This document shows, one piece after another, positions 39,833-51,467 of a stretch of 64,000 nt of DNA. The stretch is from Takakia lepidozioides (lineage: Eukaryota; Plantae; Bryophyta), in contig CM060732.1 in NCBI GenBank assembly GCA_030704615.1, forward strand, positions 52,576,001 to 52,640,000, given 5' to 3'. The position numbers and the translations under genes were made by a program. Every line of letters begins with the position of its first letter. Within the stretch, counting starts at the first letter, position 1. The notes below the pieces were generated by a model. It saw only the letters and a list, made by a program, of their open reading frames with translations, searched no databases and was not told the origin of the DNA.

Positions 39833-40112
39833 CGCCGCAACAGCTCGTTGCCTCGGGGTGGTATAGTATAAGGCCGAGATGCGGCGCCTCCGTCTCCTCT
39901 TCGCAACGGGGTCTCCAGGGTGTAGAGACTAGAGACGTGTTAAGTGCTTGTGTAGTTTGTGTGTGTTTGTTTGGGGGAGTGGCAAGGGATAATGTGCAAG
40001 TATACTAGACTACGTTAGTGTAGTAATGATACCGGGTTAGTCATGTAGTAATGGCAACAAGTTTAACTGGATAGAAACAGTTTATTAACAAAAAAGTAGT
40101 TTCATTGAATAG

Positions 40113-40180
40113 AGCATGGCTTGTTGGTAAGGTTGTGGTGTATTTTCCACAAGGTTGCGGGTTCAAACCTGCCCCCGCCA
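40113..40180 (+). other. Degenerate tRNA-like Pol III element
   Basis: TGGCTTGTTGG A-box-like and GGTTCAAACC B box at tRNA spacing. Confidence 0.5.
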
Positions 40181-40895
40181 AGGAGAGCGGGGGGGAAGGG
40201 GGGCGAGGGCTGGCGAGGGCTGGCGAGGGCTTAAGGCCAAATTGGCCAAATCTGAAATGTGAACATTTTTTATACACTCTGGCGTTAGTGTTTTTTGGAC
40301 TACATGGGTTACACGTGGATCCTCAGAAGATGGTTGTACGATTGACATGTTACTTTGTGGCGGCGCCTTCATAATACAATATAAAGTAAGTGATAAAGTA
40401 ACTAAATATTTTGTTATGGGTGTCTTAATCAATTTATTGGTTTTAGAGCCAATTGTCGCCACAAATACTTGTACTCATTACTCATACATGAGTAATCAAA
40501 GAACAAATCAACATACATGTCATGGGATTTGATTGTAAATAAATTGTGCCGTCTAGTGTGTCAGTTCATAGTTGGACGATTAATCAACGATTGGTTGTAA
40601 AATAAATGGAAACATGCAGAGCATTTATGTTTCATATGCTCATAAGAAGAAGGCAGTACATTGGATTCTAAGATCTCAACAACGGCGCCGTCGTCTTAAA
40701 AATAGGGGATAGTCCATTTAGTTGTTTCTGTCAGAGAATAATATGGATGGAGCACATGCCTCAAAAAATTTGGACCTTCTGGATTGATGATACACATAAG
40801 TAATGTAAGCCATTTAATGTATTTGCATAAGGTCTTGCAAGATGTGCGCTTTCATTCATTTTGCATCTTCTCTCAAACTTTGAGGGCATTGCCAA

Positions 40896-43800
40896 ATGTC
40901 TACACCAAAATATGCAGTGCTTTCATGTCCACCTGATGCAAAAGTGGTTCGTTATCCTTGCAATGGAAACAAGTGCATTATCCCAGAACCTTGGTTATGC
41001 AATAGATTCAAACTTGTTCCGGGTTCAGTTTTTTTGGAGGATGATGGAGATGATGATGCCTCCACAGTGTTGCTTCCAGTTTTCAATGACGGCCAAAAGC
41101 AATGGGAGTTGTTTCCAGACACTTTCTCCAAGTACCGTGTCACAGGTACGAGCTATACACAGTCACATGATGAGAGGCACACTTCTATTGCAAGAAAGAA
41201 CGATCAAGCTGCAACAAATGGGAGTTGTAAATTGAAGGAGGAGGTTGCAGATTCGGCGAGCTTGGGGTCTCATAATTCGGATTGTGTTGAGGTTTCTAAG
41301 AGTGTATTTTGTGGATCTCAACCTTCCTCATCTGCTCATACGGTCTTGCTTCACGACATGAAGCCTCGGAAAACTCCATTGGACAACACCACGTCTGATT
41401 GTTGCGAATCTGCGAGGGGTTTATCTTCATCTCCACGACTAGCAGGGGAGGCTACATCTGCATTTCCTTCTGGTGTGTTGTCCATTTTGAGTATCTTGGC
41501 CACTGCTCGGAGGAATGGATCAAAAGGAGAGCTTTCTACCTTGGACTATAGTCACATTCCAGTGCATCGTGTTCGGTGTCTTCCTCGAGCTTTTGATGGA
41601 AAAGTGATCCACGAACTCCCCCCTGTGGTCAAACTACGTACGGACCGTGGTTCACAGTCCCTCCAAGGCATGGACCGCAAGTTTGATGGTCATCCTTGGT
41701 GCAAGACCAATACCTACAATATGTCTGGTGTTCCAGATCATGTGAAATGTAGTAAGGTTCTTTGTGTTGGAAAGCTCATATGTCAAAGCAGCACTTGCCC
41801 CTTCTTCAAGAAAGAAGGAGAAGGGAATGACCGCTATTGGGAAGGCAATGCAGACAAGGTGTTCATTGCAGGAGCCCAAGTTCCATTCAACCAGTTCAAG
41901 TGTAGTTTCTGCAAAGAAAGACCTTTCTGTGAGGCGCATTGTGGGGCAAGAATGTACTATGTCACAAGTTCCCTTCCAACATATACACGTGTTGCAGTTC
42001 ACGTTGGGTTTCATAACCATCCATGTGCCAAGGGCGAGAATAGAGAGGCTGCGGAAAATGCATCAAGCATGATTCAAGAGCACGTTAAGATGAAGCCATG
42101 GTCGACCCCGGGAGCTATTTCCTTGTCAATGGCCCAAAAGCTCTTGATTGATCGAGTTCTTGTGGCTGATGGCACAGAGACAGTACGTCTTGAGGGAGAG
42201 GCTTTGGAAGATATTCTTGAAGAGTTTGCCCATGTTTGTAGCCCCAATGTGAAAAACAAGGTCGCATCTGCATGTGTCAATTCCATCATGTCCATATTGG
42301 AGTTGAAGCGTCTGAGTACATACCATTTCATTCACAGCAATCTCCTTCCAGGCCAGCATACTTCTCATCCCCCCCATGTTTTCAAGATGTCTGTTGCTGG
42401 TCCCGGGAGTGGTGTTGATCTTGTGCGTCGCATGAGTGAGGGGGATCTACGCACAAGTTGGGTAGTATTTGACAATGTCAAACGCATCAAGGATTGGACA
42501 ACTCTTGCGTGTCATGTCTATGAACCATATGTCAAGCGAATGATGACCATTACCATTTGCGATATGAAAACAGAGGATGCAGATGCTCAGGTGTTATTCT
42601 GGGAGATGATCAATGAACAAGCAAAACTTGCTAGCTTGAACAAACCAAATTTTGCTGGCTTCATGGCGGATGCAGCAGGAGCGAATTGGGCTGCTGTTCG
42701 AAGGGTTTATGGATCTGATCCCAATGTACCAATGGAAGGTAAAGAAAGAACATGTTTATATCATTGGGCTGAAAGCCTTCGAAGACACACCAACAACTAT
42801 ATCTTGGAGGACTTCCGTGAAAGGCACACTCAGCTCTGTTATGAATGGAAAGATAGTGCTACCTTGGAGGATGCTACAACCACATACACTGCAATTCGGG
42901 CTTGGTGGATCTCTTCAGGAGCATGCACAAAAAAGAATCTGCCAAAACTAGATTCATGGCTTGCATGGTGGCACTACAGATATCGAATGTGGGGCCAATG
43001 GATGAGAGAGGACATGGATGTGGAGGCAGATGCAGATATGCCTACCACTAATTTGTCTGAGGCAGTCCATTCTGCTTGGTGGAAGACAGCAGGCAATGGG
43101 AAAAAAATGAAGGTGGATCTATATGAGGCCACCATGCATGACATGTCACGAGCTCTTTTGCAGCAGGCAACATTTTACAGGCACACCACAGGAAAGACAT
43201 GGGGGACGGGGCCCGACAAAGATGAGCTCATGTTGCGTCAAGCAGCTAGATCTAATAGCCCAGCCAAAATGGGTAAGGTTGTACGTGGCATAGTAGCTGG
43301 AACACCCATGCACACAAGGGGGGTTCAATTGGAGGGAGACAATCGCACTATTCCAGTCAAACGCAAGTTAGGCGATGAGCATGGTGGGCCAAACAAATCT
43401 TGGAGGTGTGATATGAATGTAAAGACTGTTCCAGTGCGCGCCACTGGGATGCCCAGTCCACACCAGCCATCTAGGTTTGTCAGCTCCAAATCAAGTCATG
43501 ACATTCCTGGTTCTTCGACTTTCTGTGAGACAAATCCACATGTTGCTATCCCTCCTCAGCCAATGCAATGGGGAAATCCAGTGAGAGAGACACAAGACTT
43601 TTCCGATGCATTGTTCAGGATTCAGCGGACAGGTCCTGCTTCCATGGTTCGTTGTTCTGCCTTGGTTGGAGTTTCCAAAGATAAATGCAAAGCGCTCATC
43701 AGGAAAGGTAAAGGAAGTCCTGCACCTTGCTTCACTGGCAAGTTACTAGCACCGAACATGAAAGAACCAAAACTGCAAGTTTTTTGGTTTTGTCCCACAG

Positions 43801-44438
43801 ATGTTTTGTCGTGTGTTGGAGGGACCGTGCCATCCTATTGCTTGGGAAAACCGGGTATACCTAACGTGTGGCTTGTGAAGGTTGGAACCAACCTTACACA
43901 AGAAGAGGTGGACAACTTGACCCTTGCAGGTTTTCGACTAGTCCATCCTCCCAACGTTCCTGATCCGAACTTTCCTGTGGGACCACTTCCAGTGGAACAA
44001 CATATGCATCAAGGTGTTGTCCTTCCTGTGGGTAAGTATCCCACTACACGCTATGGGGTGCGCATTCGGCGTCGGGATCCGACTCCTCGACACTTGAGTC
44101 GCCAAGAGTCAGCGGAGACTCTTATTGCTGAGGTTCGTGGATTTAGAAACGTGCCTCAGCCAGGTTATGGGAGAATTTACCAGCTACAAACAGAAGGATC
44201 TACCAGAGCAGGATTGGTTTACAATGTATACATTGGTCAGTTTCCATCTTGTGATTGTCCCGACTTTGATGAGCTATCTGTCAAGAAGAAAAAACAAACA
44301 TATCTACCTTGTAAGCACATGTACTTCATGTACAACGTGCATCTAGGATGCGCCGGGGCTTATGAGATCCACCAACCTTCCCTTAGCCAGTTAGAGGTTA
44401 GGGCTATGCTAAAGAAGGACCCTAGTTCAACTTCTTAG
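40896..44438 (+). CDS. Mutator-like (MULE) DDE transposase with N-terminal GCM-like zinc domain and C-terminal SWIM finger, 1180 aa, uninterrupted
   Basis: Candidate catalytic residues VFD(NVKR), FMAD, CLYH (CxxH) and TTNLSE. SWIM finger CDCPDF...CKH. GCM-like WCKTNTYN...CVGKLIC...CxxC...HCGARMY...GFHNHP. Confidence 0.88.
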   Translation: MSTPKYAVLSCPPDAKVVRYPCNGNKCIIPEPWLCNRFKLVPGSVFLEDDGDDDASTVLLPVFNDGQKQWELFPDTFSKYRVTGTSYTQSHDERHTSIARKNDQAATNGSCKLKEEVADSASLGSHNSDCVEVSKSVFCGSQPSSSAHTVLLHDMKPRKTPLDNTTSDCCESARGLSSSPRLAGEATSAFPSGVLSILSILATARRNGSKGELSTLDYSHIPVHRVRCLPRAFDGKVIHELPPVVKLRTDRGSQSLQGMDRKFDGHPWCKTNTYNMSGVPDHVKCSKVLCVGKLICQSSTCPFFKKEGEGNDRYWEGNADKVFIAGAQVPFNQFKCSFCKERPFCEAHCGARMYYVTSSLPTYTRVAVHVGFHNHPCAKGENREAAENASSMIQEHVKMKPWSTPGAISLSMAQKLLIDRVLVADGTETVRLEGEALEDILEEFAHVCSPNVKNKVASACVNSIMSILELKRLSTYHFIHSNLLPGQHTSHPPHVFKMSVAGPGSGVDLVRRMSEGDLRTSWVVFDNVKRIKDWTTLACHVYEPYVKRMMTITICDMKTEDADAQVLFWEMINEQAKLASLNKPNFAGFMADAAGANWAAVRRVYGSDPNVPMEGKERTCLYHWAESLRRHTNNYILEDFRERHTQLCYEWKDSATLEDATTTYTAIRAWWISSGACTKKNLPKLDSWLAWWHYRYRMWGQWMREDMDVEADADMPTTNLSEAVHSAWWKTAGNGKKMKVDLYEATMHDMSRALLQQATFYRHTTGKTWGTGPDKDELMLRQAARSNSPAKMGKVVRGIVAGTPMHTRGVQLEGDNRTIPVKRKLGDEHGGPNKSWRCDMNVKTVPVRATGMPSPHQPSRFVSSKSSHDIPGSSTFCETNPHVAIPPQPMQWGNPVRETQDFSDALFRIQRTGPASMVRCSALVGVSKDKCKALIRKGKGSPAPCFTGKLLAPNMKEPKLQVFWFCPTDVLSCVGGTVPSYCLGKPGIPNVWLVKVGTNLTQEEVDNLTLAGFRLVHPPNVPDPNFPVGPLPVEQHMHQGVVLPVGKYPTTRYGVRIRRRDPTPRHLSRQESAETLIAEVRGFRNVPQPGYGRIYQLQTEGSTRAGLVYNVYIGQFPSCDCPDFDELSVKKKKQTYLPCKHMYFMYNVHLGCAGAYEIHQPSLSQLEVRAMLKKDPSSTS

Positions 44439-44527
44439 TGACACATTAAATGCACAAAAAAAGAACCTCTAACTTGTGCCGTTCATTTTCATGCATGTGA
44501 CATGTAATTATCTTGTTACTACTTTAT

Positions 44528-44748
44528 TCCAAACATGACACATAGCATTTGTTAGTACAAAAGTTCCTATTTTGGTTAAAATGGAACTTGTGTACCTGTC
44601 ATACAAGTTTTCAAATTATAGAACTGCTTGGCATTACAAACAGACATGCAATGTGGTGGTTCCAAACATGACACATATGCATTTGTTAGTACAAAAGTCC
44701 ATATTTTGGTTAATATGAAACTGTTTTCCTTGAATACAAGTTTGCAAA
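44528..44748 (+). repeat. Imperfect direct repeat (~90 bp repeated with ~133-bp period) in the transposase 3' region; also at 3073-3293
   Basis: tccaaacatgacacata..gcatttgttagtacaaaagt..attttggttaa occurs twice. Confidence 0.8.
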
Positions 44749-46101
44749 CTATTACTTTGGCCAGGGATCTTGTATTCTCTTCAGTTTAAGGTGGTGCATT
44801 AGTTGGAGTTAGTGGTCACATGCATCTTTGACCATTGACTACTGATTTTGTTAGCTAAGATTTTTATTTTATTTTTTTCTATATACATATGATGTAACAT
44901 TTGCATATGCAATAAATACGTCGTATTCTATGTTATATAACTCCACTGCATACAATCTACAATGTGTGCATACAAATTTGTCACATGCATATATAATAAG
45001 GGATTTTGTGCATGCACTCACGCAACCTGTGCATATGGAATAGCAACCCCCCACATGTGGACCTGTGCTTTGGAGGCACACAAGCTTTTGTTTATGCACA
45101 TTTTGAGTAGTAATGATTATGTACGCTTGAAGGTTAAGAAAATCTTCATCGAACACTTCACTTGTCGTAATTTTCTCCTCTCCAAATCCTTTGTTGTGTT
45201 GTATTGAGCTCAATGCGTCGAGCTCTGCTGGCCTTAATAACGAGCCCCGATTTTGCATTGATGGACAGCTGTTAAAGTTTGATCATCCTGCACTCAATTT
45301 TGCAAAATCCACACCCTTGTTAGCAACCTTCTCTGCCCTTAAACCACCTTTGCTCCCACCTCAAGCTACTTGTCCTGCCTAATGGAGTGTCCTTATCACT
45401 TTTCCTTGAGATCTTTTGTTTCCAGATTGATCCACGAGTTGGTCTAGCCGTGCCTTCAGGACAGGCAACAAACCTACTGAGTTGACACTTCCATGGAGAT
45501 GAGGCTATGACAGAGGCTTAGTTGTGCCCCTTTGGCGGAGGTGCTAGCCCAAAATGGTCTTTGGGCTCGCAACGCTAATAACCATGGTTTGGAGGGGATC
45601 AGTGTGGAGCCAAGCGTCTTAATTGACAACATCTGAGACAAGTATTCTGAGAGAGAGGAGGAGTGCCAGCCCCAGGGAATAACAAACCAGACCATCTTCA
45701 AGTATACGAGTAAAGGAAAAGATGGACTCTCCGAAAAAGGATACAAAGATAGTACATGGCAAAGTTGTCAAACATGCAAGCAACAAGCATGCCAATTAAG
45801 GACCTGGAGTTTTCCGGAATCCACAGTCGCGTACAATACCCAATGGTTTCCGGTCTCCAAGTGGGTTCTTACTGTACACTTCATCCAAGCTATCTGTCAA
45901 GCAACATGCCCATATGGGTTTTGCGCCACTTACAGCTTCATCAAGTTGTATCTCCAACATACATCTTGGAGAATGTGCCACTGATGGGCGATTCTCGGGC
46001 CAGGGTGATGGCCAGTGTGCATCAAGTCCGGTCGTGGCTTGGGTCAGCAGTGTTGCTGGATGCAGCTACAGTGGGGTCACGGGCTCATCGTCCACGGCTA
46101 T

Positions 46102-49100
46102 TGTCGCGGCCCTTTGCCTTGAGGGCAGGGGGTCGGGTCGCAAAGGGGCTGCCCCTGTGGTGGGGGCGGTGGCAGCAATAGGTACGGGGGGCTGAAGCAA
46201 CCTCGAGTGCCCAAGGCACTCGAGGAGGCGGAGGCACTCACTAGGTGGAGCCCCGCACACCGGGTTGCGGTGGGGGTGGCTCCACAAAGGGGTGGTGGTA
46301 GCTTAGTGGGACTTAGTGGGGGTGGCATAGGACTCACCATGGGGGCGGAGACCTTGTGGTGGGAGTCGTGGGGAGTCTTGGGACTCATCACGGTCCAAGG
46401 GGACCGTGGTGGGTGGGCCAAGACTCACCGCGACTCATCACCGGGAATCGAGGGTTTTCGTGGTGGTTCGCCATAAAATGGTGGTGTTGTTTGTGAAACC
46501 CCCGCGGACAGTCACAGAAGTATATATGGGGAGTAGTAACCCCGAGAACGGTGCAAGCCCGTTGGTGTCCAAAAACTAGTGAGTAAGCGTGCGAGCCGGA
46601 AAGCGACCAAGGTGTGGGGAGCTATTCCGGACTGCCATCGACCAAAGGGAATTTCCACTAGGCCCAAATTGGGAGAGGGTCTAGTGGAGGAGTAAAGGGG
46701 GACCGTTATGCCCCGGTGAACAGCCGAAGCTCCGAGTTGGCAACCTTTAGCACGCTAATGAACTGCCTTTTCTAGGAGTGGTTGGACGACTTTGTGATCG
46801 TGTACATTGACGACATCTTGGTGTACTCGAAAACAAAGGAAGAGCACCTGAAGCACCTCAAAAGGGTGTTCCAGAAATTACGGGAAGGGAAGCTGTATGC
46901 CAAAGCTTCAAAGTGCGAATTCGGGGTCACAAAAGTGGAGTTCTTGGGCATGTGATTACACAGGATGGGATCAAAATGGATGACACAAAGGTGGGAGCAA
47001 TCTTGGACTGGGAGCCTCCGACTTCGATCCCAGGAGTGCGATCCTTCTTAGGACTTGCCTCCTATTACCGAATGTATGTGAGAAATTTCGCCAAGATCGC
47101 GGGGCCGCTGTCAGATCTCCTGTGTAAATCCAAAGTCTGGGTATGGAACACCTTTTGTGGCCAAGCTTTTGCCGAGTTGAAGCAGCGGATGGCGGAAGCT
47201 CTAGTCCTGAAAATCCCGGAGTTCGACCGTCCATTTGAGATTCATACGGATGCGTCGGACTTTGCGATTGGAGGTGTACTCATGCAGGAGGGACGTCCAG
47301 TGACTTACGAAAGTAAGAAACTGAATGAAGTGGAGCGGCAGTGGCCAACGCACGAGAAAGAAATGAAGGCGGTGGTGCATTGCCTTGAGCTTTGGCGCCA
47401 CTATATTGGCTCCAACCCGGTGAAGGTGTTCACGGACAATGTCACAGTGAAGTATTTTGCCACGCAGCCTAAGTTGTCCCCAAAACAAATTAGGTGGCAA
47501 GACACTTTGGCACTGTTCGACGTGGATATCCAGTACAAACCGGGACAGGACAATGTGGTGGCTGATGCTTTAAGTAGAAAGCAGCAGCTCATGATGGTGT
47601 ACAGGGGCGAGACTGCGCTCCAAAGGAAGAATCGGAAGGCTTACCGGAAGGATGAGATGGCGAAGTCCGTGACGCAGGACTTGAGGATGGGGGTTAAATT
47701 GCAGTTCCACTTGCAAAATGGACTGCTCTGTTATAAGCAAAAACGTCTCTATGTGCCAATGGGAGGGATCAGAGATAGTCTCTTGAGAGAATGCCATGAT
47801 GGCCCGCGGAGCCAAGCGCACCGTGGCACTCCTGAAGAAAGAGTATTTCTGGCCCAAACTGAGGGAGGAGGCCGAGGAGTATGTCAAGACATGCACCACA
47901 TGTCAACAAAACCGGAGTGAGTACAAAAAGCAAGCGGGGCTATTACAACCCTTGCCGATTCCAGAGAAGTCTTGGGAAAGTGTCTAGATGGACTTCATGA
48001 CTGTTATGCCGCTGTCAAAAGGATTCGACGCAATCATGGTGGTGGTGGATAGGTTCAGTAAAATGGGTCATTTCATCCCCACCAAAGAGACGGCAACGGC
48101 GCAGGAGACGGGGCGACTTTACTTCGCCCACGTCTTCAAGCATCATGGACTCCCGAAGGATATTGTCTCGGACCGCGATCCAAAGTTTACTAGTAAATTT
48201 TGGAGGGTACTTTGGAAGAAAATGGGGACGAGGCTCAAAATGAGCACTGCCTTCCGACCTCTAACGGACGGCCAAACGGAAAGGGTGAATTCCGTGGTGA
48301 AGCAGATCTTGCGGAATTACGTGTCGGCAGACCAATCGGACTGGGTGGAGCACTTGGATGCGGCAGAGTTCTGTTGTAATAACACAAAACATTCTGCAAC
48401 AGGAGTTTCCCCTTTCGTATTGGTCTATGGAAAAGCACCTCTGGTGCCGACAAGTTGGGCCGCCCAAGACGCTGAGGAACCGGCAGCAGTGGCAGTGCTG
48501 GAGGAACGCGAGCGTTTGTTGAAGCTCGCAAAGTACAACATTGCCAAAGCTAGGAAACGGTATGAACGGCAGGCGAATCGGAAGCGGAGGGAGGTTAAGT
48601 TTGAGGCAGGCACGGAGGTCTGGTTGAACATCAAAAAATTTCGACTACCTCCGGAAGTGAGTCCGAAGTTCGTACCTCCGTATGCGGGACCCTTTCGCAT
48701 CCGGAAGGTTATGATTGAGGATGTGTATGAATGGAGCTGCCGGCAAAGAGCAAGGTGCATCCGGTATTCCACGTCTCCCTTTTGAAGCCTTACTTCAAAG
48801 ATGAAACGCGTCCGAATCGGCCTCAAGTGTTGCGTCCGCCACCTGTGCTGTTGGATCATGAAAATGAACCTGAGTACGAGGTGGAAGGAGCTTGAGAGGC
48901 TCCACCCTTGGCCGGGACTTGGAGGAAGTCGGCCGAACTAGCTAGTGGAGAGAAGAGTCAAGTGAGGGTTTGGTTCTTAGCCATGGGACGCCATAGTGCG
49001 GAAACAAACTCCTTGATGTGGGATGCCACAACTTGGATGTTCGTTTCTACAAAATGGACAAGTTGATGAGGACATCGACTCCCTATTGGTAGGGGTGTGT

Positions 49101-49824
49101 GTCGCGGCCCTTTGCCTTGAGGACAGGGGGTCGGGTCGCAAAGGGGCTGCCCCTGTGGTGGGGGTGGTGGCAGCAATAGGTACGGGGGGCTGAAGCAACC
49201 TCGAGTGCCCAAGGCACTCGAGGAGGCGGAGGCATTCACTAGGTGGAGCCCCGCACACCGGGTTGCGGTGGGGGTGACTCCACAAAGGGGTGGTGGTAGC
49301 TTAGTGGGACTTAGTGGGGGTGGCATAGGACTCACCATGGGGGCGGAGACCTTGTGGTGGGAGTCATGGGGAGTCTTGGGACTCATCACGGTCCAAGGGG
49401 ACCGTGGTGGGTGGGCCAAGACTTACCGCGACTCATCACCGGGAATCGAGGGTTTTCGTGGTGGTTCGCCATAAAATGGTGGTGTTGTTTGTGAAACCCC
49501 CGCGGACAGTCACAGAAGGATATATAGGGAGTAGTAACCCCGAGAACGGTGCAAGCCCGTTGGTGTCCAAAAACTAGTGAGTAAGCGTGCGAGCCGGAAA
49601 GCGACCAAGGTGTGGGGAGCTATTCCGGACTGCCATCGACCAAAGGGAATTCCACTAGGCCCAAATTGGGAGAGGGTCTAGTGGAGGAGTAAAGGGGGAC
49701 CGTTATGCCCCGGTGAGCAGCCGAAGCTCCGAGTTGGCCCGGCGGCCAGTTTGGGAGTCAGGCGCGCGCATCAAGCGAGTAACTATGACTTGAAGGGGAG
49801 CTTACCGAAGTGAGGTGCGCGACA
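46102..49824 (+). mobile_element. Nested Ty3/gypsy LTR retrotransposon (internally deleted, probable chromovirus)
   Basis: Termini TGTCGCG...CGCGACA and TSD GCTAT (46097-46101 and 49825-49829). 5' LTR 46102-46741 is truncated; 3' LTR 49100-49824 follows a PPT. Coding remnants: VYIDDILVYS RT, RNase H (IHTDASDFAIG), integrase (MDF...VSDRDPKF...DGQTER, GPF), EYEVE chromodomain start. Confidence 0.95.
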
Positions 49825-49829
49825 GCTAT

Positions 49830-50260
49830 GGTGGACTAACTTGATGCCACCCGCACTGCTCAAGAGTGCATTTGATGGGGTGTAGCGGCCAGCATACCTC
49901 ACAATGGATAACATTTTGGACACAGGGAGGTAGTCTCAGTGTGTGAGACACGATGACTGTTTGCCTTTGGCAGTGGTCAACAAGGTGGGTCAACCACAAG
50001 CAACAATACCTACACAGCTCAGCTTCCCAAGATCGCATGCTTTCCGGGAAAGTGGACCTGGCCTCTTGTGGGATGCTCAGCTGCAGCAGTTAGTGGAGCC
50101 TAATGCCGACAAGCAAAAGTGGGCTATGGGTTTTTCCACTGGGACCACGGCGGTGTCTTCTCTTTCTGAGGCATCACGTCGTCAGGTGTTGGGGCAAGCG
50201 ATGGATCTCAATTGCTTGACTTGGGTTATCAGCTTGGCTATGGCTGAGCAACGTAGAGTG
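49830..50260 (+). pseudogene. C5-DNA methyltransferase C-terminal part
   Basis: Removing the nested element and one TSD restores AHRPRL-WWTN. It continues EPNADKQKWAMGF (motif IX) and QVLGQAMDL (motif X), with two in-frame stops. Confidence 0.8.
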
Positions 50261-50590
50261 TGGAGTGCACTTCCCTTGACGGTCTCTCTGCCTACCGAGA
50301 CGGTACATGCAGTGAGTAGGGGCGAGCCGGTGAGGACCATGGGGTGTACACATCCATGGCACACGTGGGAGGTGCTCAAGGTTCAGAGGGAGTTGGCAGC
50401 CATAGCGGCTGTGATGGATGAGGTTGGGGATTCTTCTCGGGTCGAAGAGGTCCTCAATGATGAGATGATGAGGCAGGATGAGGCCTTGTCATTGATTGAG
50501 CAGGCATGGAGTACTGCTCATGAGGTTGCGGCATAGCAACCACGGGACGCGTCTCCTACCTCTAAGTCTGCTGGATTTAAGGTTGCAGTT

Positions 50591-51243
50591 ATGGAGGACA
50601 ATTGGGAGCCTGATATTGGACCCATTGTCATTGGAGGAGAGAGACGATGTATAAGGCGGTTCCTGAGGGCTTACAGGAATTGCTTTGCCTTCAGTTTGAA
50701 GGATTTGGAAGCACTGAAGGGTCAGGAGATTCGTATTGAGTTGGCCACGGACACGCCAATCTTTCGGAGACCCTATAGATACAGTGACATGGAGAGGTCT
50801 TTGATTCAGATGAGGACTCAAGATCTCTGGGAGGCTGGTTTGGTGAAGCTCTCTGGTGGAGAGTGTGCTTCAGCCATGGTGATGCCAGCCAAGAAGGATG
50901 TCTATGGCAATTGGACGGAGAAACGTATGTACGGTGACTACCGGCCTGTAAATCGTCAGACCAAATCCGATAAGTATGCCATGCCCACACCGGAGGAGAT
51001 CTTTGATGCCATTGGGCATGCCAAGGTCTTTAGCACTTTGGACTTGCGGTCCGGATATCACCAGTTGCCGATCAATGAGGGAAGAGAGTTCGTAGTGGCT
51101 TATGCTAGCCGCTCAAACAACGCTGCAGAGTCTAAGTATAGCTCATATGAAGGGGAGTGCTTAGCTACAGTGTGGGCCGTGGCACACTTCAGGTGCTATC
51201 TATACAACAATCTCTTCACCCTTGTCATGGATCACCAACCATT
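50591..51243 (+). pseudogene. Gypsy RT N-terminal half fused by deletion to RNase H
   Basis: PIFRRPYR...DYRPVN...TLDLRSGYHQ, then VVAYASR...YEGECLA...DHQP; the YxDD core is deleted. Confidence 0.9.
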
Positions 51244-51467
51244 CAACACCAACACACTAGTCTATCACTAGTCCACCACTAGTGCACCACTAGGCTGCCA
51301 CTAGACACCACTAGTGTAGCCACTAGTCCACCACTAGGCTGCCACTAGCCGTCACTAGCCGCCACTATTCCAACCACTAGGCTGTCACTAGCCCCCACTA
51401 GTGCAGCCACTAGTCCAACCACTAGGCTGCCACTAGCCACCACTAGTACAGCCACTAGTCCATCACA
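51244..51467 (-). repeat. LTR 5' part with CTAGTGG tandem repeats (inside the inversion)
   Basis: Reverse complement of the 53861-54145 repeat tract, directly after the PPT. Confidence 0.85.

Larger units (their letters stand above)
33260..45059. mobile_element. Large two-gene Mutator-like DNA transposon (ParB-MTase gene plus GCM-MULE-SWIM transposase)
   Basis: Divergent gene pair. Degenerate terminal inverted repeats: left cacatgtggaggtagcctatactatatgcgca versus right end reverse-complemented cacatgtggggggttgctattccatatgcaca. TGCATA-rich subterminal motifs at both ends. No TSD found, so the ends are tentative. Confidence 0.6.

Noticed and set aside
33250-45070. Target-site duplication for the MULE-like element
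   Set aside because: Flanks (cagaagata / gacctgtgc) do not match, so the boundaries remain provisional.
45060-45916. N-terminal half of the DNMT
   Set aside because: No FxGxG or PC motif found; the origin of this DNA is unresolved.
49777-49790. 14-nt match to 25S rRNA (gagtaactatgact) inside the LTR
   Set aside because: Too short to exclude chance.
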